Shown here: piece by piece, positions 1-12,778 of the stretch
Numbering within the stretch: the first letter of the stretch is position 1
Layout: every line of letters starts with the position of its first letter
From: Bispira polyomma
Lineage: Eukaryota
NCBI GenBank assembly: GCA_965649765.1
Contig: OZ287758.1
Location: forward strand, 20,832,001 to 20,896,000
DNA length: 64,000 nucleotides
Reading direction: 5' to 3'
Notes under the pieces: generated by a model
Databases searched by the model: none
Told to the model about the DNA's origin: nothing
What the model saw: only the letters and a program-made list of their open reading frames with translations
Made by a program: the position numbers and the translations under genes

Positions 1-161
1 GGATTAATGATTCTGCTGTTGAGCTTTAGAAGATGCCTAGCATCAATAAAGCGCATTAAAAAATTCATAATAATAATAATAATTTTCGACAATTCATATG
101 CAGAAATGAGCTTCGATCACTGGGGGTACAAGTAATCTTCCAATGCCTTGTTAATACTTAC

Positions 162-223
162 TTTTGTGTGGTGGGTCACTCTTGATATAACCTTGCAGCA
201 AGTGTTCTACCAGCTCTGATGTA
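162..223 (-). CDS. Internal coding exon (62 nt, phase 2 to phase 1) of a probable Cys-loop ligand-gated ion channel subunit: (S)TSELVEHLLQGYIKSDPPHK; gene continues beyond the left edge
   Basis: Minus-strand acceptor ttcttctctgttgacag and donor gtaagt. The peptide matches the N-terminal helix + LLxGY..P motif of pentameric LGICs. The phase 2/phase 1 pattern resembles, from memory, the first coding exons of glycine-receptor-type genes. Confidence 0.7.
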
Positions 224-721
224 CTGTCAACAGAGAAGAATTATTTTACTGTACATCACTTTTATTTTGAAATCTTGAATGAGTATCAGAATGATAATGT
301 ATCACCAATTAATATTATAAAAAGTAATATTGTGACAATATGAAATTATACATAAAAACAGTAACATAATCGGGTTGTACTTATATGTTGCTGATAATTT
401 AATGATTTAAATACATTAACAATTTTTAAACTGGTTTTAATTAGTGCAACGAGTTACTAACAAAATGTGATCACATGTTAAGAGTTTTTCTTACTTCATT
501 TGGACAAATTAAAAATGTAACTCTAGTCTTTTATCAAATAGTTTTATATGTATTTTTTATTTTCTTCCTAAACTATAACAATATTTTTACAATGTATTAA
601 TATAGTATGTGGTCTACCATAACACAAAAAAAAACATATACTTCACACCATGATAAACTTAGAGGATATGTTGAACTAGATGTGTGCAGTCACACATAGA
701 AAATGAAAAGAAAAAGAATAT

Positions 722-862
722 CAGGGCTGGTATTTAAAAAGATTCTTAGTCTTAAATGTTTGTCTCAAGTAATTTGATTAGCTGGTAATATTTATTCAAA
801 TTGGCTGGGACTAAAATATTCAGAGAATAGCATTCTTAGAATGTTGGTGAATACAACCCCAG
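722..862. mobile_element. Degenerate MITE of the CAGGGGCCGTATTCA-type TIR family
   Basis: Left end cagggctggtatttaaaaagattcttag and right end cttagaatgttggtgaatacaaccccag are imperfect inverted repeats, similar to the ends at 14029-14127 and 56477-56840. Confidence 0.4.
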
Positions 863-987
863 AATGTGTGCCTTTCCAAAGATTCTTAGATTTGCTTATA
901 TAAAATTGAAATAAAATAATAAAAAAAATTGATAAAAACTGATAAATAGTCATTTGACAAAGGATAGTTTACTAACAGTTTACTCAC

Positions 988-1005
988 CTGTTATATGGTG
1001 GTTTC
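988..1005 (-). CDS. 18-nt symmetric (phase 2-2) micro-exon of the LGIC-like gene: (P)KPPYN(S)
   Basis: Minus strand reads gttgttgttttttcatgcaag|GAAACCACCATATAACAG|gtgagta. Length is a multiple of 3 and it is open in the host frame. Confidence 0.55.
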
Positions 1006-4000
1006 CTTGCATGAAAAAACAACAACACATAATATGTTAATTTGTGTTATTGCTATAAAACTTACTTATTTCTTATGGCTATTTTGTGCAGTACATAAAC
1101 AAACATGACGGGGAATAAATCATTCTCATAAGAATAATGGGTACTAGTAACTATAATATGCATGCTAGCTATTGAGTATGAAATGTTTTAACAGGCAACG
1201 GACAGGATCACATAGAAAACCTTTGGGACAGAGACAAAACCAATCAAACTAAGTAGTGCATCAAGCTCCACCACAGGTACCATAGTGCCAAACAGGATCT
1301 AACATCCTACATGAGCCATTCTACTCAGATCCCTTCAAAATATTACTGAATGCCAGTTATCTGTAAACTGGTTCACGATTAATGTGTCAATTTAGTGACA
1401 AACAAACCAACAATTAATGGATGTATCCAAAAATAATGTTAACTAGCTGAGGTAATAGGTGTCCAACAACTAAACCAGTTTGGTTCATGGTTTTCACTTT
1501 GCTGTGTACTACAATATGCAATAGGCATGGTAGCTATAGCCAAGAGTAATGATATTTATCGAAATAATAGATACACGATAAACATGATTTCAGGATATCA
1601 GCACATATTACTGAAAAGGCTTAGTTTTCTCTATGTTAGAATGAAAGATTCTTGTTTATAGATTAACCGTTATTGCGGAGAATGGATATTAAAAAAGCTG
1701 ACAGAAAAAAAGTGGAAATAAATTAAAAATTAGAAAAGAAATGCACTCAAGAATTTCTAATTATGGCATATCTTACAAGTTGTCTGGGTCTGCAATTAAA
1801 GCATCAAATCTTTCGATGTACAAAATTTGAAAACGCATTCTCATTCTGTTGGTAAATGTATTGAATCCTAGTAAATAAGGTAGAAGTACCAAACACCTGC
1901 CACAAAAAAGCGTCTGCCCATCACTATCCATTATTGTTGCCACTTCTTTGCTATTATTATTTTTTTCAACTTGCTATGGAGCAATACTGTAATTAATTGA
2001 TGCATAATGGCCAACTTAACAATATGTATTACAGCCTTATGGATAGGTTTTTTTGGTTTGTTTTTGTCTTTCAAAATAGATCATTCCTAAAAAAACGAGC
2101 ACATAACAAGTGTAATGTAAACATCAAAATTCATTAAAAGTTTAAAACTAACAAAAGTTTACCCATTTTTTTACAAAATGACACACCTGTTATTTCATTA
2201 ATGACAGAATAACTAAATAGCTGGATATTTGGAAAAAAATAATGCTAATTTTGGCCATTATAAAAGAAATGCTTAGTTTGGCTTAAAGTTTAAAAACAAT
2301 AAATTGTACTTGGTAACTCCTTCACAATTGACTAACTTTGTCATTTGTCTTGGATTCCTGGGAATTATTAAATTCATAAATAAATGCAACATGCATATAT
2401 GGTATACTACTATAGCAATTACTATCCATCATAGCTATTATTTTATATCTTTGCAAGGCTGGCAATAAAAAGGTTTTGGGGAATAAAAGCTTTTGACTTT
2501 TCCGCAGACCCCTAAATTCTCTTTAAACATGCCTCAGAAATGCAATACAGCTGACTTGATTTACAGTTTTTTATGGTATAGCACTTTCTTCCGAGTAACC
2601 TACTGAAGTAGAATTCATAGCGGCAAGTTTAGGCTTAACTTGCCACATTAGATCTGGAAATGATTGACATGGGATGCTTTTAATACAGCCTTAATGGATA
2701 TTGAACCACTGCATGTTGCATTTATTTTTATATTGTCAATAATCCCCAGCAATACCAGACAAATGGTGATGAAATATTCATCGTGCATGGGGAAATATAC
2801 AATATGTCCTATTATGGGATTAAAGTCATATGTGAGTCTCACGTGATTTAACTTTTTAGGTACAATGTGCTGAAAGCATAAAGGTAAACTGCGGCCAGAA
2901 ATAGAGACACATACCTTGCCAAAGGAAATCATTGTGTAATATATAAATATGGTAATATTCAAATATCAACAGATTTAACGCAAAAGTAATTATTGTTTAA
3001 AGCTTTGTAGGAGAATATTCTGTTTATTCCAAAATTGTATTATTGTAATAGCTGCTTTATGACTATTTGAAATGCACGAGATATTATTCAAGAACTCTGA
3101 TGAATAGTGAACTCCCATGTCTCAGCGAGGACGGTGAAAGCGGAAGCCAAATATGCATAAAAGGCATTGCTTTAGTGTTTAGGCAAGTTTTGGCAAGGTG
3201 AGGGATCACCATTTTAACATATTAGATGCTCTACGGTTTTTTTTTGTTATATTTGTGTGATAAACAGATTAAATTGGTTTTATCTGTGTCATTAAATCCT
3301 AGAATCATTACTTTTGGTGTCACAGAGAAATATATTTCACCACATAATAGTGGCTTAGTTATCCTAAAAGTCCTACATTACAGTACTGACTACAAACAAA
3401 TGAATGAAAGTTTCTTTTTCCAAAATATCTACCTTGTATTTGAACATTGATTGTTTTATTGTAATTTTTTGCAGATCGTGCCAGATTGTACCGGTATTGT
3501 GAAGTTCAACCATGTAGTTATAATAAAATAAATGTTTATCTGCCATTATGCATAACTCCCACACAACAATTTGTCAGATCATATTCATAAAAATATTGAA
3601 TTTCATATGTTCATATGTATCTGCTGCATTAAAACATTGAATTTTATAGGTTATCTGTTCCAAAAAACAGAACAAAAATTATCTCTGAATTGTAGTTGAG
3701 CAATCTAAAAACAATAAAATCTTTGACAATGGAATCCCGGTAGTAATATTTAAGAGAGCGAACCATCTGCAGAGCTAGTAGGGCCGCTATACAGCCAGCC
3801 ACTAATGCACAGATAAACATAAAGTCAATGTGAAATGTCACAAAGGCAAACGTAATGAGATCCCAAGTGTGTGACATGTTCTGAAGTAACATTTGACTAC
3901 TTTAGGAGAACTGAATTTTAGATGAAATCTTCTAGTCTGGTAATATTGCGTATTATATCTCAATATCTTGATTCATTATCAAAGCTTACAATACTTTATG

Positions 4001-4243
4001 GCCTCATATTTTTCAGTGTATTGTTTGTACAGCTAACCTTTAACAGCTAATCTAACGACATAGGCTTGAAGATGACCATTCATTAAATCCCGAAATTTTT
4101 TAGCCTGCCACTTGAGACCGGACCTAAAAACAAAGGACTGACATTTTAAGTGTTCAAGGTACATGACTTGACTCTACATTTTTGCAAATAATTAACTTAA
4201 GTGAAATATACAATGACTGTAGTTGTAAAATAGCTTTACGTAC

Positions 4244-4285
4244 GGTTTATGTTTCTGAGCACCAGTTGTAATTCTTCTCCGTGTA
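4244..4285 (-). CDS. 42-nt symmetric (phase 2-2) small exon of the LGIC-like gene: (S)TRRRITTGAQKHK(P)
   Basis: Strong acceptor tttcttgttctttttctttcag and donor gtacgt. Length is a multiple of 3 and it is open in the host frame. Confidence 0.6.
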
Positions 4286-4327
4286 CTGAAAGAAAAAGAA
4301 CAAGAAATGTTAAATAGAAAGCAAGTC

Positions 4328-4591
4328 GGGGGTCGCGGTGGCCTAGTGGTTAGCAAGCATTATGCTTCACAATCACTGGTCTTTCACCTTTGGGCGGTGT
4401 GAGTTCGAATCCTATCGATGCCTATGTGGGAAAGGTGGTAGTTCCTTACTGTGGGCTGCTGGTTTCAGTGCAGAACCTTGATCAACTGTATGCAGTGATT
4501 CCTCCAGCGTTTCCAACTACCCATCCCAATATAACCTAAACAGGTACTAGAGTGGAAGATAAATATCCAAATTAAAAAAAAAAAGAAAAAA
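4328..4591 (+). mobile_element. Full-length tRNA-derived SINE, copy 1, with A-rich tail
   Basis: A box TGGCCTAGTGG, B box GTTCGAATCC, 12-bp TSD AGAAAGCAAGTC (4316-4327 and 4592-4603). Closely similar to the copy at 8623-8876. Confidence 0.92.
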
Positions 4592-6738
4592 AGAAAGCAA
4601 GTCATTAATTTTTAAGTTCGGAATTAAATTATTACATACAAAACAACAGTCGGAGAACAAGATTTTCTAGTATAACGGGGGTATAGTTCATAATTTTGGG
4701 TACAGTTCATCTCAGGTACCTACCTATACACAGACACAATATAATATAATCCAGCACTGGTCCATACATATGTGGGATATGTTATGAATGAGGCTAAAAA
4801 AGCTGTCATCAACGAACGATGCATGACACTTGGGGGTTAATACACAGGGAAAACGTTCCACAGTATGACGGCACACCCAACCCCCAAGTTTCACAGTCTG
4901 AAAGCACCCCCCCCCCCCCTTAGATTTGGCTCTGCATTAATAAAACTTAAAAATTTTAGGGATCACAAGGTTTCATTAACTTATAATTATATAGCTGACA
5001 TAAAATATATATAGGTTTGAAGTAAATTGCCACATATAAGAATATAAGAGAATGATGCACGAGTTTGGCCTTTAATAAATGATCAAATGTTTGTAGATCC
5101 AAGAAACCTATAATACCATTTCTGTTAAACTGTTACACCAGCATTGTGACAATTCTGGTGAAGAAAAGCTTTATCAATCGATGTCTAAGAAAAGCTGCAT
5201 ATTGACTCGAGTCGCCTGAAATAAATAAGGTCTAAGGACTCTTGCTCATTGAAACGAGGGATGATTTCTCCAGAGTTTCACTGACATAATCTCTAGAACT
5301 TTCCAGAACATCTAGTTTATTGAATTACTGCTTGCCTTTCTAGACTTCATTTAACATATGGCAGTATCCCTTTATGTATCTGGATATGTGTATCCCTATT
5401 TTGAACAACCTCTACATTTTTCTTACCTAAGGGAACTGTTGCTGTTTTCAATTAAAAATATTGGAATGGTAAAACATGGCCTTTTGTTGAAATCGATCGT
5501 TGGTTGAAAATGCAATGAATACAAAACAATTTTATACATGTCTAATTAATTTAAATATGTTATCAATGTGATACACCAGTTTCTAAATAGGGCATAAAGT
5601 AGTATAAAAACCAGTGGCCACCAAAATGAGTGGGCGTAATAATAAAGAATTAAACCGCTCAGCCCTCCCCTTTTCTCTCTCTTTTTTTCTGTTGTACCAG
5701 CTGGCGCCTGCTTTAGAAAGGACACTTATCAAATTATCGCCCAATCCCCACAGCCACTTCCTTTTTAATAGAGTTTATTTTTTGCTTGGTCGGGTGAAAC
5801 ACATTGTTGCTCTTAATAAACCGAGAGTGGTAGAACAGAAATCAAGTTTGACAAGTTCTGTCAAGTTCCCATAATCCTGAATAAACAGATTGCCAGATAG
5901 TTATTCTATAACATTGTTTCATTCAATAATAGTCATAGCAAGTAATTTAATCACAGGATATTTTTTTCTGAGATTCTGTCGCTTTAAATTACCTGCAGTT
6001 ATTTTTTTTGCTATGTTATAATAGCTGACTTAAGTGATTGCATTAAAGATTTAATTGCATTTAGAGTAATTTTTTTAACAACACCTAAATAACTTGGGTT
6101 ATATTGCACAGACTTGTTTCATATATGTTGTTGGTCACCGTATTTTTACACGACTGGGTAAAATTGGTAAACTTGTGATTATGCGGGGTAGCCCCACAGG
6201 AGATAGTTAGTTCAGTGCTACTAGCTATCAATATTTGGTTAGACTTACCTATTGGGTCATAACCCTTGAAGCTCTCGCTTATTGGGGGACTATGCACTAA
6301 TTAACCTTACTTTTCCTGCTTTTCTTTAGAAATCCCCACTTGTGATATTAAAGGCAAGTAGGCAACGACGCCATCTTAAATATTTTTTACTTTTTGACAT
6401 AGTAACTTTGTTATTTTTACAAGGATTGTATTATATACATTTCATGATATTAACTACTGTGCTGGATGGATCCTCTGGAAAGTAACGTGGGGGATGCTCA
6501 CAAATTAGACAGGGTTAGACAGGCTCACGTTTCAAAACGAAACTGCTAACCAATCCCAAATTGACCTCCAGGAAAGGTCATGAAAGATCCATCCCATGTA
6601 AATATTTCTAAAGGGTACTTGTCCCCAAAAAGGGGACCATAAAACCAAAGGTGTGTCATACACCCATGTCTGCAGCAAGTGCTTACCAAATGTTGGTTCC
6701 TATCCCGTCCTGCAAAAGATTGCAGAAAAACTGCTGTT

Positions 6739-6773
6739 AAAAAACGAGTAGGGAACTGTAATAATGCAGTGCC
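6739..6773 (+). promoter_or_regulatory. Putative -1 ribosomal frameshift signal at the gag/pol junction of copy 1
   Basis: AAAAAAC (6739-6745), 6-nt spacer GAGTAG, then stem GGaACTGTA-ataa-TGCAGTgCC. Same position and architecture as in copy 2. Confidence 0.6.
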
Positions 6774-7660
6774 AGATTGTACATCCTCTAAGGCAGAGAG
6801 AATTAGTCAGGTTGCTAAAAAGCAATAGTAAATGATGTTAAAAGGTTTCAATTTCGAATATTGTACAGTAATACATGTATGTATGAAAGTAGTACGCACT
6901 GGAGGGCTGACTGGTCCAAAATTTGATAATTTGTCATATGCAGATGTCTTAAAGAAACTTACTACTCCCAGTGGTGTGGCTACCAGTAATGGTGTGAAAA
7001 GTTGTAATGTGTTAAAATGTTCTAACACCAACATTTTAGGGAAATCTCGCCCAGAAAAAACTACAACAGATGGGGGAAAATAGGTGATAAATGTGACACA
7101 ATGGGTTCCTGTTACTCCACCAAAGACAATACAAATGTCAGTTTTTACAAATGGGATGGGGACAAAAGGTGAATAAAAACACTGGTTTACAAAAGGTTAC
7201 AAATTGTCACCCACAAGAAAAGGCACAATGGGTTTTACCCATTCAAAACAGGTTTACCCTATTAGGTGGCAATGGTGATGTCCATAATTCTCCCTCCAGT
7301 GACAACAATGACTAGTACTAAACAAAATCAAGGCAGAGGCCTTACAATCTCTCCAGGTAATGCCACCATCAATGCAGATCCATACGATTTGAAACTACAA
7401 TGCCAGCCCCAAAAAGGGAACTGATTAAAGAGGCTTATGATGAGCCCCAGTTCCAGCAATGGAACTCCCAAACTACTGACAAATATGGTTTTATTCCATT
7501 AAGGGTCTTGTACATACCCGAAACAGACAAGCGTGATCAAACTCAAGCTAAATTATTGCAGCTATATAGTAAAATTAAAGATAAAAAATCTCACAATTTT
7601 ATGGGCTCACAAATTGAAATCAAATCCGAGTAAAAAGCAGATGTATGACAGAAACACTTA

Positions 7661-8595
7661 TTATAAAGAGTGGATGTCAACTGGTAAACTCAAAGTTAAT
7701 CCCGACAAGACTGAGTTCATAATCTTTGGCTCAAAACAACAGAGGGATAAGTTGACAGCATTGTTTCCAGTTGACATCCTGGGTAGCCCTTTCAGCCCAG
7801 CTGATTCTGTCAAGAACCTGGGTGTATGGTTTGACTCTGACTTTTCTTTCTCTAAACACGTTCAGAGTGTCTGCAAAAGCTGTTTTGTGCAATTTCGGGA
7901 CTTTAGACGTTTCAGGCGGTTTCTCACTTGTGATACTTCTATACTTGTGGCCAATGCTTTTGTCAGTAGTAGATTGAATTACTGCAATTCGCTTTTCAGG
8001 AGTCTCTCAAAGTTTAATTTACGTAAATTACAATGCATTCAAAATAGTGCAGCTAGAATTGTGTCCAACACCAGTCGACACACCAGTATAACTCCTGTTC
8101 TTAAGAAATTGCATTGGCTCCCTGTTGAACAGCATTCAGTGTTTAAGACAGCTACACTTGTTTATAAGTTTCTTCACACTGGGTTTCCAAAGTATTTTGC
8201 CCCATATCTTTCCACTTACAGTAGTTCCTACAATACCAGACGTAGCCAGAGTGGTAGTAATTTCCTTGTTGTTCCGAAATTCCACCCATCTACTCAAAAG
8301 TCGGTTAAACAGTTTGGTCACAGCTTTGCATTTGATGCTCCTATTGTTTGGAATGCTCTTCCTGATGTGATTCATGCTTCCCCCTCACTAGCCTGTTTTA
8401 GAAAGCAGCTTAAAACCCACTTGTACACTAAAGCATACCCACCTTAGTCTCAAACAACCCCCGGTGCGCTCTGTGGTGCTGACCCTTTTGTGTCCCTTGA
8501 TTTTGGAAATTGGATTACTGTCTTCTGTTCTGGTGCACCTTAGAGTCCCCTTTCAAAGATTAAACGCGATAAAAGTCTAATTACAATTACAATTA
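7661..8595 (+). mobile_element. 5'-truncated L2-clade (CR1 group) LINE: C-terminal ORF2, 3' UTR and (ATTACA)n tail, inserted in pol of YR copy 1
   Basis: Motifs WMSTGKLKVNPDKTE, VKNLGVWFD, RLNYCNSL, LQCIQNSAARIV, ITPVLKKLHWLPV, APIVWNALP. Stop at 8447; short tandem tail at ~8579-8595. YR-element pol resumes right after it. Confidence 0.9.
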
Positions 8596-8622
8596 GGACA
8601 AACAGCTGCTTTCCTAATAAGA

Positions 8623-8876
8623 TGGGGCCGCGGTGGCCTAGTGGTTAGCAAGCATTACGCTTCACAATTACTAGTCTCTCACGTCTGGGCGGCGTGAGTT
8701 CGAATCCTGTCGATGCCTAGGTGAGAAAGGTGGTAGTTCCTTACTGTGGGCCGCTGGTTTCAGTGCAGAACCTTGATCAACTGTATGCAGTGTTTCCTCC
8801 AGCGTTTCCAACTACCTGTCCCAATATAACCTAAACAGGTACTAGAGTGGAGGTTAAATATCCAAATTCAAATTCA
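8623..8876 (+). mobile_element. Full-length tRNA-derived SINE, copy 2, nested in pol of YR copy 1
   Basis: Same A/B boxes and body as 4328-4591, (CAAATT)n tail, TSD AATAAGA (8616-8622 and 8877-8883). Confidence 0.92.
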
Positions 8877-8883
8877 AATAAGA

Positions 8884-10228
8884 CACAGGTTTCGACTAAA
8901 TTTTAATCAAAACAATAGACATTGCTATGTTGATAATGCAACCATACAGAATTTACATATTTCACCTTTTATGACCAGTGAAATCCTGGCGCAGTCAATA
9001 GATGTGTAATAATAGATCTTAGCTTTCCTCATGGAGAGTCTGTAAATCAGCTGTAGCCAAGGGCAAGTACATGGATAACCTTTTTTGCCTTAACATTACC
9101 AACAATTGACGCACTCACTAGTAAGACCTCAAGACTAGGCTGTGGTACTCATTTCTATAAAATTGACGTCAGCCGCGCATTTCATCACATAAAAATGGAT
9201 TCAGCTGACCCTTTTGGGTCATAAACTAAATAAGAACTATCTAGATTTGTGCCTGCGAATTGGTTTTCGGCATGGAAGAACAATCTTTCAGCATGTTAGT
9301 GACAGTATTAGGTACATCATGAAATGTCAGGGTTATGACATCACCAACCATATAGATGATGTAATTGGTTATGGTAACGTCACATAAAGTAAACATTCTT
9401 TTGATATTCTATATAAGCTATCAGTGAGAAAACGTCACATAAAGCAAATATTTCTTTGATATTCTATATAAGCTATCAGTGACAAAAAATTGGTGTATCC
9501 AAGTACTGCAGTCACCTGCCACAGTGGCCTTTACAGTATCTTTGCCGCAAGAAAAGTTAGCAGAAATTAAAGCTCTACTTCAAGTCGGGCAAGCCAGACG
9601 CAATTGTACAAAAAGAGAACTACTATATGTTTCCAAATGCGTCAGGGTATCACATGTCTTTCTCAACCGGATATTAGACGTTTTAAGGTCAGTGGGTGCT
9701 ACACAAATAATACAAATCACTTCTGAATTCCACCAAGATGTTAACTGGTTTCTTCCAAAATTTAATGGAAAGGCATTCTTAGAACACAAACGTACCACAG
9801 ATTGTATACAATTAGATGCCTGCCTCCAAGGTCTGGGAGGTCGGTGTAACAATCAAGTATATGAATTCTCAATTACCTAGATTTTACCACAGTGCACCTG
9901 GTGGCCATAAGGGTATGGAAATCACTCTGGGCAGAAAAAAGGCTTCTAATACAATGTGGTAATGCGGCTGTTGTCACAATTTTGAACTCTGGCAAGACTA
10001 AAGATTTGACCTTAGCAGCTATGGCCAGGAACACATTCGTGGAAGTAGGCTTCTGTAGATATTAGTCTAAAGACCATCCATATTCTAGGCAGACTTAACA
10101 CAGTCGCTGATCTGCTGTCCAGGTTGCAGCTCACCAATAATAACAATAGTCAACTTGTAGATCTCATTCCAAATCCTAAGTGGGTTCAAGTTAAGGATAC
10201 CATATTAAACATAGACTGTTCTATATAA
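8884..10228 (+). pseudogene. Frameshifted RT-RNase H remnant of YR copy 1
   Basis: Fragments IIDLSFPHGESVN, YKIDVSRAFHHI, HIDD, CTKREL, VFLNRILDVLR, LDACLQGLGG, HILGRLNTVADLLSR, ending IDCSI*. All are homologous to copy 2. Confidence 0.85.
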
Positions 10229-10234
10229 TTGCAG

Positions 10235-11215
10235 ATGTACCCTCCCAGTTAAGAAAGACTGATACACAGGCATCACCAGAGCCCACCAAGCTTTCAGACC
10301 AGCCACTGAAAAGGCCTACATAAATATGTTTGGGATCTTCTCAGCTTATTGTTGTTTTTCTCAGATCAGACCACAGCTTGTCTATCCTTTAGTATAACTG
10401 GCTTTCTTAGAAGTTTTAGTGGTAAACAATGTTTTCTCCTCTTCAATTTCAAATTACATCTCTGCAATTAAAGCTAAACTGGCCCTGTATGGCCTTGACG
10501 TGTCTGTATTTGCAAGTCCTAGAATCAAATACTATCAAAAAGCTTTAGTACTAAATAGCCCTTATAGGGCTAAAATTAAGGCAATTATTGACACACCACT
10601 CTTACATCAGATCGTCCAGACTTGTGACACCATGCATATGGGTCAGGTATTTAAAGCACTTATCTCATTGCCTTTTTCTCTTTTCTCAGAATTTCAAATT
10701 TAGTTCCTTATGCAGTTTCACAATATTTAGCTCTTGTTCACCTTGCCAGGGGGATATTCGATTTGCCCCCCGCTGGTCTCCATCTTATTAAAAATGGTCC
10801 AAGAATCTTTAATCTAAAACTCTGGCCAAAGTACTTAAAATTCCAAGATTAACTGGTTTCCCCCTTGTATCCAGTAGTCGCTACAAGGTCCTTGTTGGCC
10901 ATTACTCATGGCCCTAAAAATGCCTCTCTCTTCCAAATCAAAAAAGATGATAAATGGTGCCCAATGACTGACACCAAAGTTTGCATAATTCTAACTCTAA
11001 TTCTCAGCCGACTGGGCCTCCAGAATTTCAACATCACCTTTCAAACCTTCCGGCGTTCAGGGGTCACTTTGGCTTTTAACAATAATGTGCCGACTCAGAA
11101 CATCAAGAGCCATGGCACCTGGACATCTGGACTGTGTCTGGAAATATATAATTCAGGTCCATAATGCATCTAAGCAAGTGACCCTTGCCTTGTAGTCCCC
11201 CCTTTACAACTCTAT
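10235..11215 (+). pseudogene. Frameshifted tyrosine recombinase remnant of YR copy 1
   Basis: AFRPATEKAYINMF, LAFLEVL, ISNYISAIKAK, FQTFRRSGVTLAFNNNV (catalytic H changed to Q), HGTWTS. Confidence 0.85.
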
Positions 11216-11284
11216 TGGGCTTTGGGGCTTTATTAACATACAACATATACAATATATATTTAAATGTCCGAAATATAAATTTTT

Positions 11285-11528
11285 GGGCCACCTTAGCACC
11301 TCTTTTCACTTTAAACTATATATTAATACACCTTTACTAATTAAATTCGGCAACCTTCAGCAAAATTTAAGGTTACCTAAAACTCTTAACTTAAATTCAA
11401 TTTTAGGTAACCCTTCTATAAGTTAGGGCTACCCTTAACCTAAATAATTTTGGCCACCTAAACTAGATTAGGTTAAGGTGACCTCAATTTTTTTTTAAAA
11501 ACTTAAACTCACGGTGCCACGGTGGCCC
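11285..11528 (+). other. 3'-terminal multi-hairpin domain of YR copy 1
   Basis: Closing stem 11285-11300/11513-11528 (14 of 16 pairs). Internal perfect stems 11371-11382/11401-11412 and 11433-11443/11468-11478. CTTAAACTCAC at 11502-11512. Confidence 0.75.
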
Positions 11529-12726
11529 CAATCTCAGTATGTAAATAAACTATTAGTGATAACATAGAAATTTAACTAATATCCCAAACTTTCTCTTTTT
11601 TGACTTGTGTTTATAACCTCTTTAAGGTCAAAAGGGTAGGACACTAAATGAGTGTTCACCAACTTTTTTTTCAATTATTATCTCATTTTCAATTGGAAAC
11701 TGATTTAGAAGTACAGCATCAAGGAGTACTATTTGGCATCAGTTTAAAATAAAAACCCAAAACAATGTGACAGTATTAATGTTTACACCATATAATTTAC
11801 TGATATGCTATGTGAGTTTTGTTTATTGCATTTAAAATGTTGTTTTATTTAATTTTACTACCTTGGCGTGTTTGATGTATAAATGGGTGACAATAATATG
11901 GCAACATGATATAACATAACTTTTACTTAATGTTTTTATGAAATATAACAAGTACTAAAAATCCTCGATGCCTAGTTTATATAATTTTTCATTGCCATTT
12001 GTTTTTATCACAATGTATTAGTTCCTGGCTGTTGCAAATGCACAAGTAATTATATTTTACATACACAACCAAAGTAGAGCTTGGCCTGGCCTGAATAACA
12101 TTTGTGGTGAGGAGAGTTATGGTGTGGTCTCTTGGCATTTCACACACCCTACACATACTGCAGCTGATTACTTACTTCTACCCCTCCTCACCCCAGCCAA
12201 CCCTATTTAGATACTCTAGCCAAACTAACATGGGGATTTTTTTCCTATTTTAACTGTTCATATACTGTGTCTGATACTGACCATTTGTAGGATTACCAAG
12301 ACTGAATATACAGAAAATAATTATACATCATCAGCATAAAGGCAATTTTCTTTATGAATTTCGAAGCCTGATAGACAAGTGTATATATATTATACAGACC
12401 TCAATGTCACAGATGCCAATTGGGAAAAAGAAACTATCTGATGGATAAAATGTATATTGTTCCTTTAGCAAAATCCTAGATGTTATTTCAACAATCAATT
12501 CAAGTTTATTGAACAAGTGGCCAATGTACACCCACTGTAGTTATATTGGCCCGGTTATTGCTTCATTTACCTATTTAGTATTGATACACAGTAAGGGAAG
12601 CTTAACAAAAGCTGTTACAATGTACAAATTGAGTTAATTTGTGTGGGGAATTAGGCAGACACAGCAGTGGCTGAAGGGGTATTGATTAGACTACAGTATA
12701 CATCATGTCTGGAACACACTCTGGAA

Positions 12727-12778
12727 GGGGTGGGGGTGGGGGTGCGGGGGGGGGGGGGGTGCGGGGGGGGGGGGGGGC
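12727..12778 (+). repeat. G-rich/poly-G low-complexity tract (G-quadruplex potential)
   Basis: Multiple G runs of 4 to more than 12 nt. Confidence 0.85.

Larger units (their letters stand above)
6085..11530 (+). mobile_element. Degenerate Ngaro/DIRS-like YR retrotransposon, copy 1 (gag largely deleted; interrupted by an L2 LINE and a SINE); 5' boundary approximate
   Basis: Collinear with copy 2. Gag remnant reads KLDRVRQAH plus a Cys/His cluster (~6460-6750). Pol motifs: SYADVLK, NRF, YGFIPL, IIDLSFP, YKIDVSRAFHHI, HIDD, LDACLQGLGG, NTVADLLSR. YR motifs: TFRRSGVTLAF, HGTWTS. Confidence 0.9.

Noticed and set aside
988-4285. Phase-1 reading of the small exons (HGEELQLVLRNIN-RNHHIT)
   Set aside because: It runs into a TAG stop in the 162-223 exon; only the phase-2 reading is continuous.
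4328-4415. tRNA gene (also 8623 and 46455)
   Set aside because: The A/B boxes are followed by a SINE body, and in the two full-length copies by a tail and TSD; no proper cloverleaf.
7533-8447. 304-aa ORF as a host gene
   Set aside because: Chimaera of off-frame YR-element sequence and a 5'-truncated L2 ORF2; it starts at GTG and lacks the RT catalytic core.
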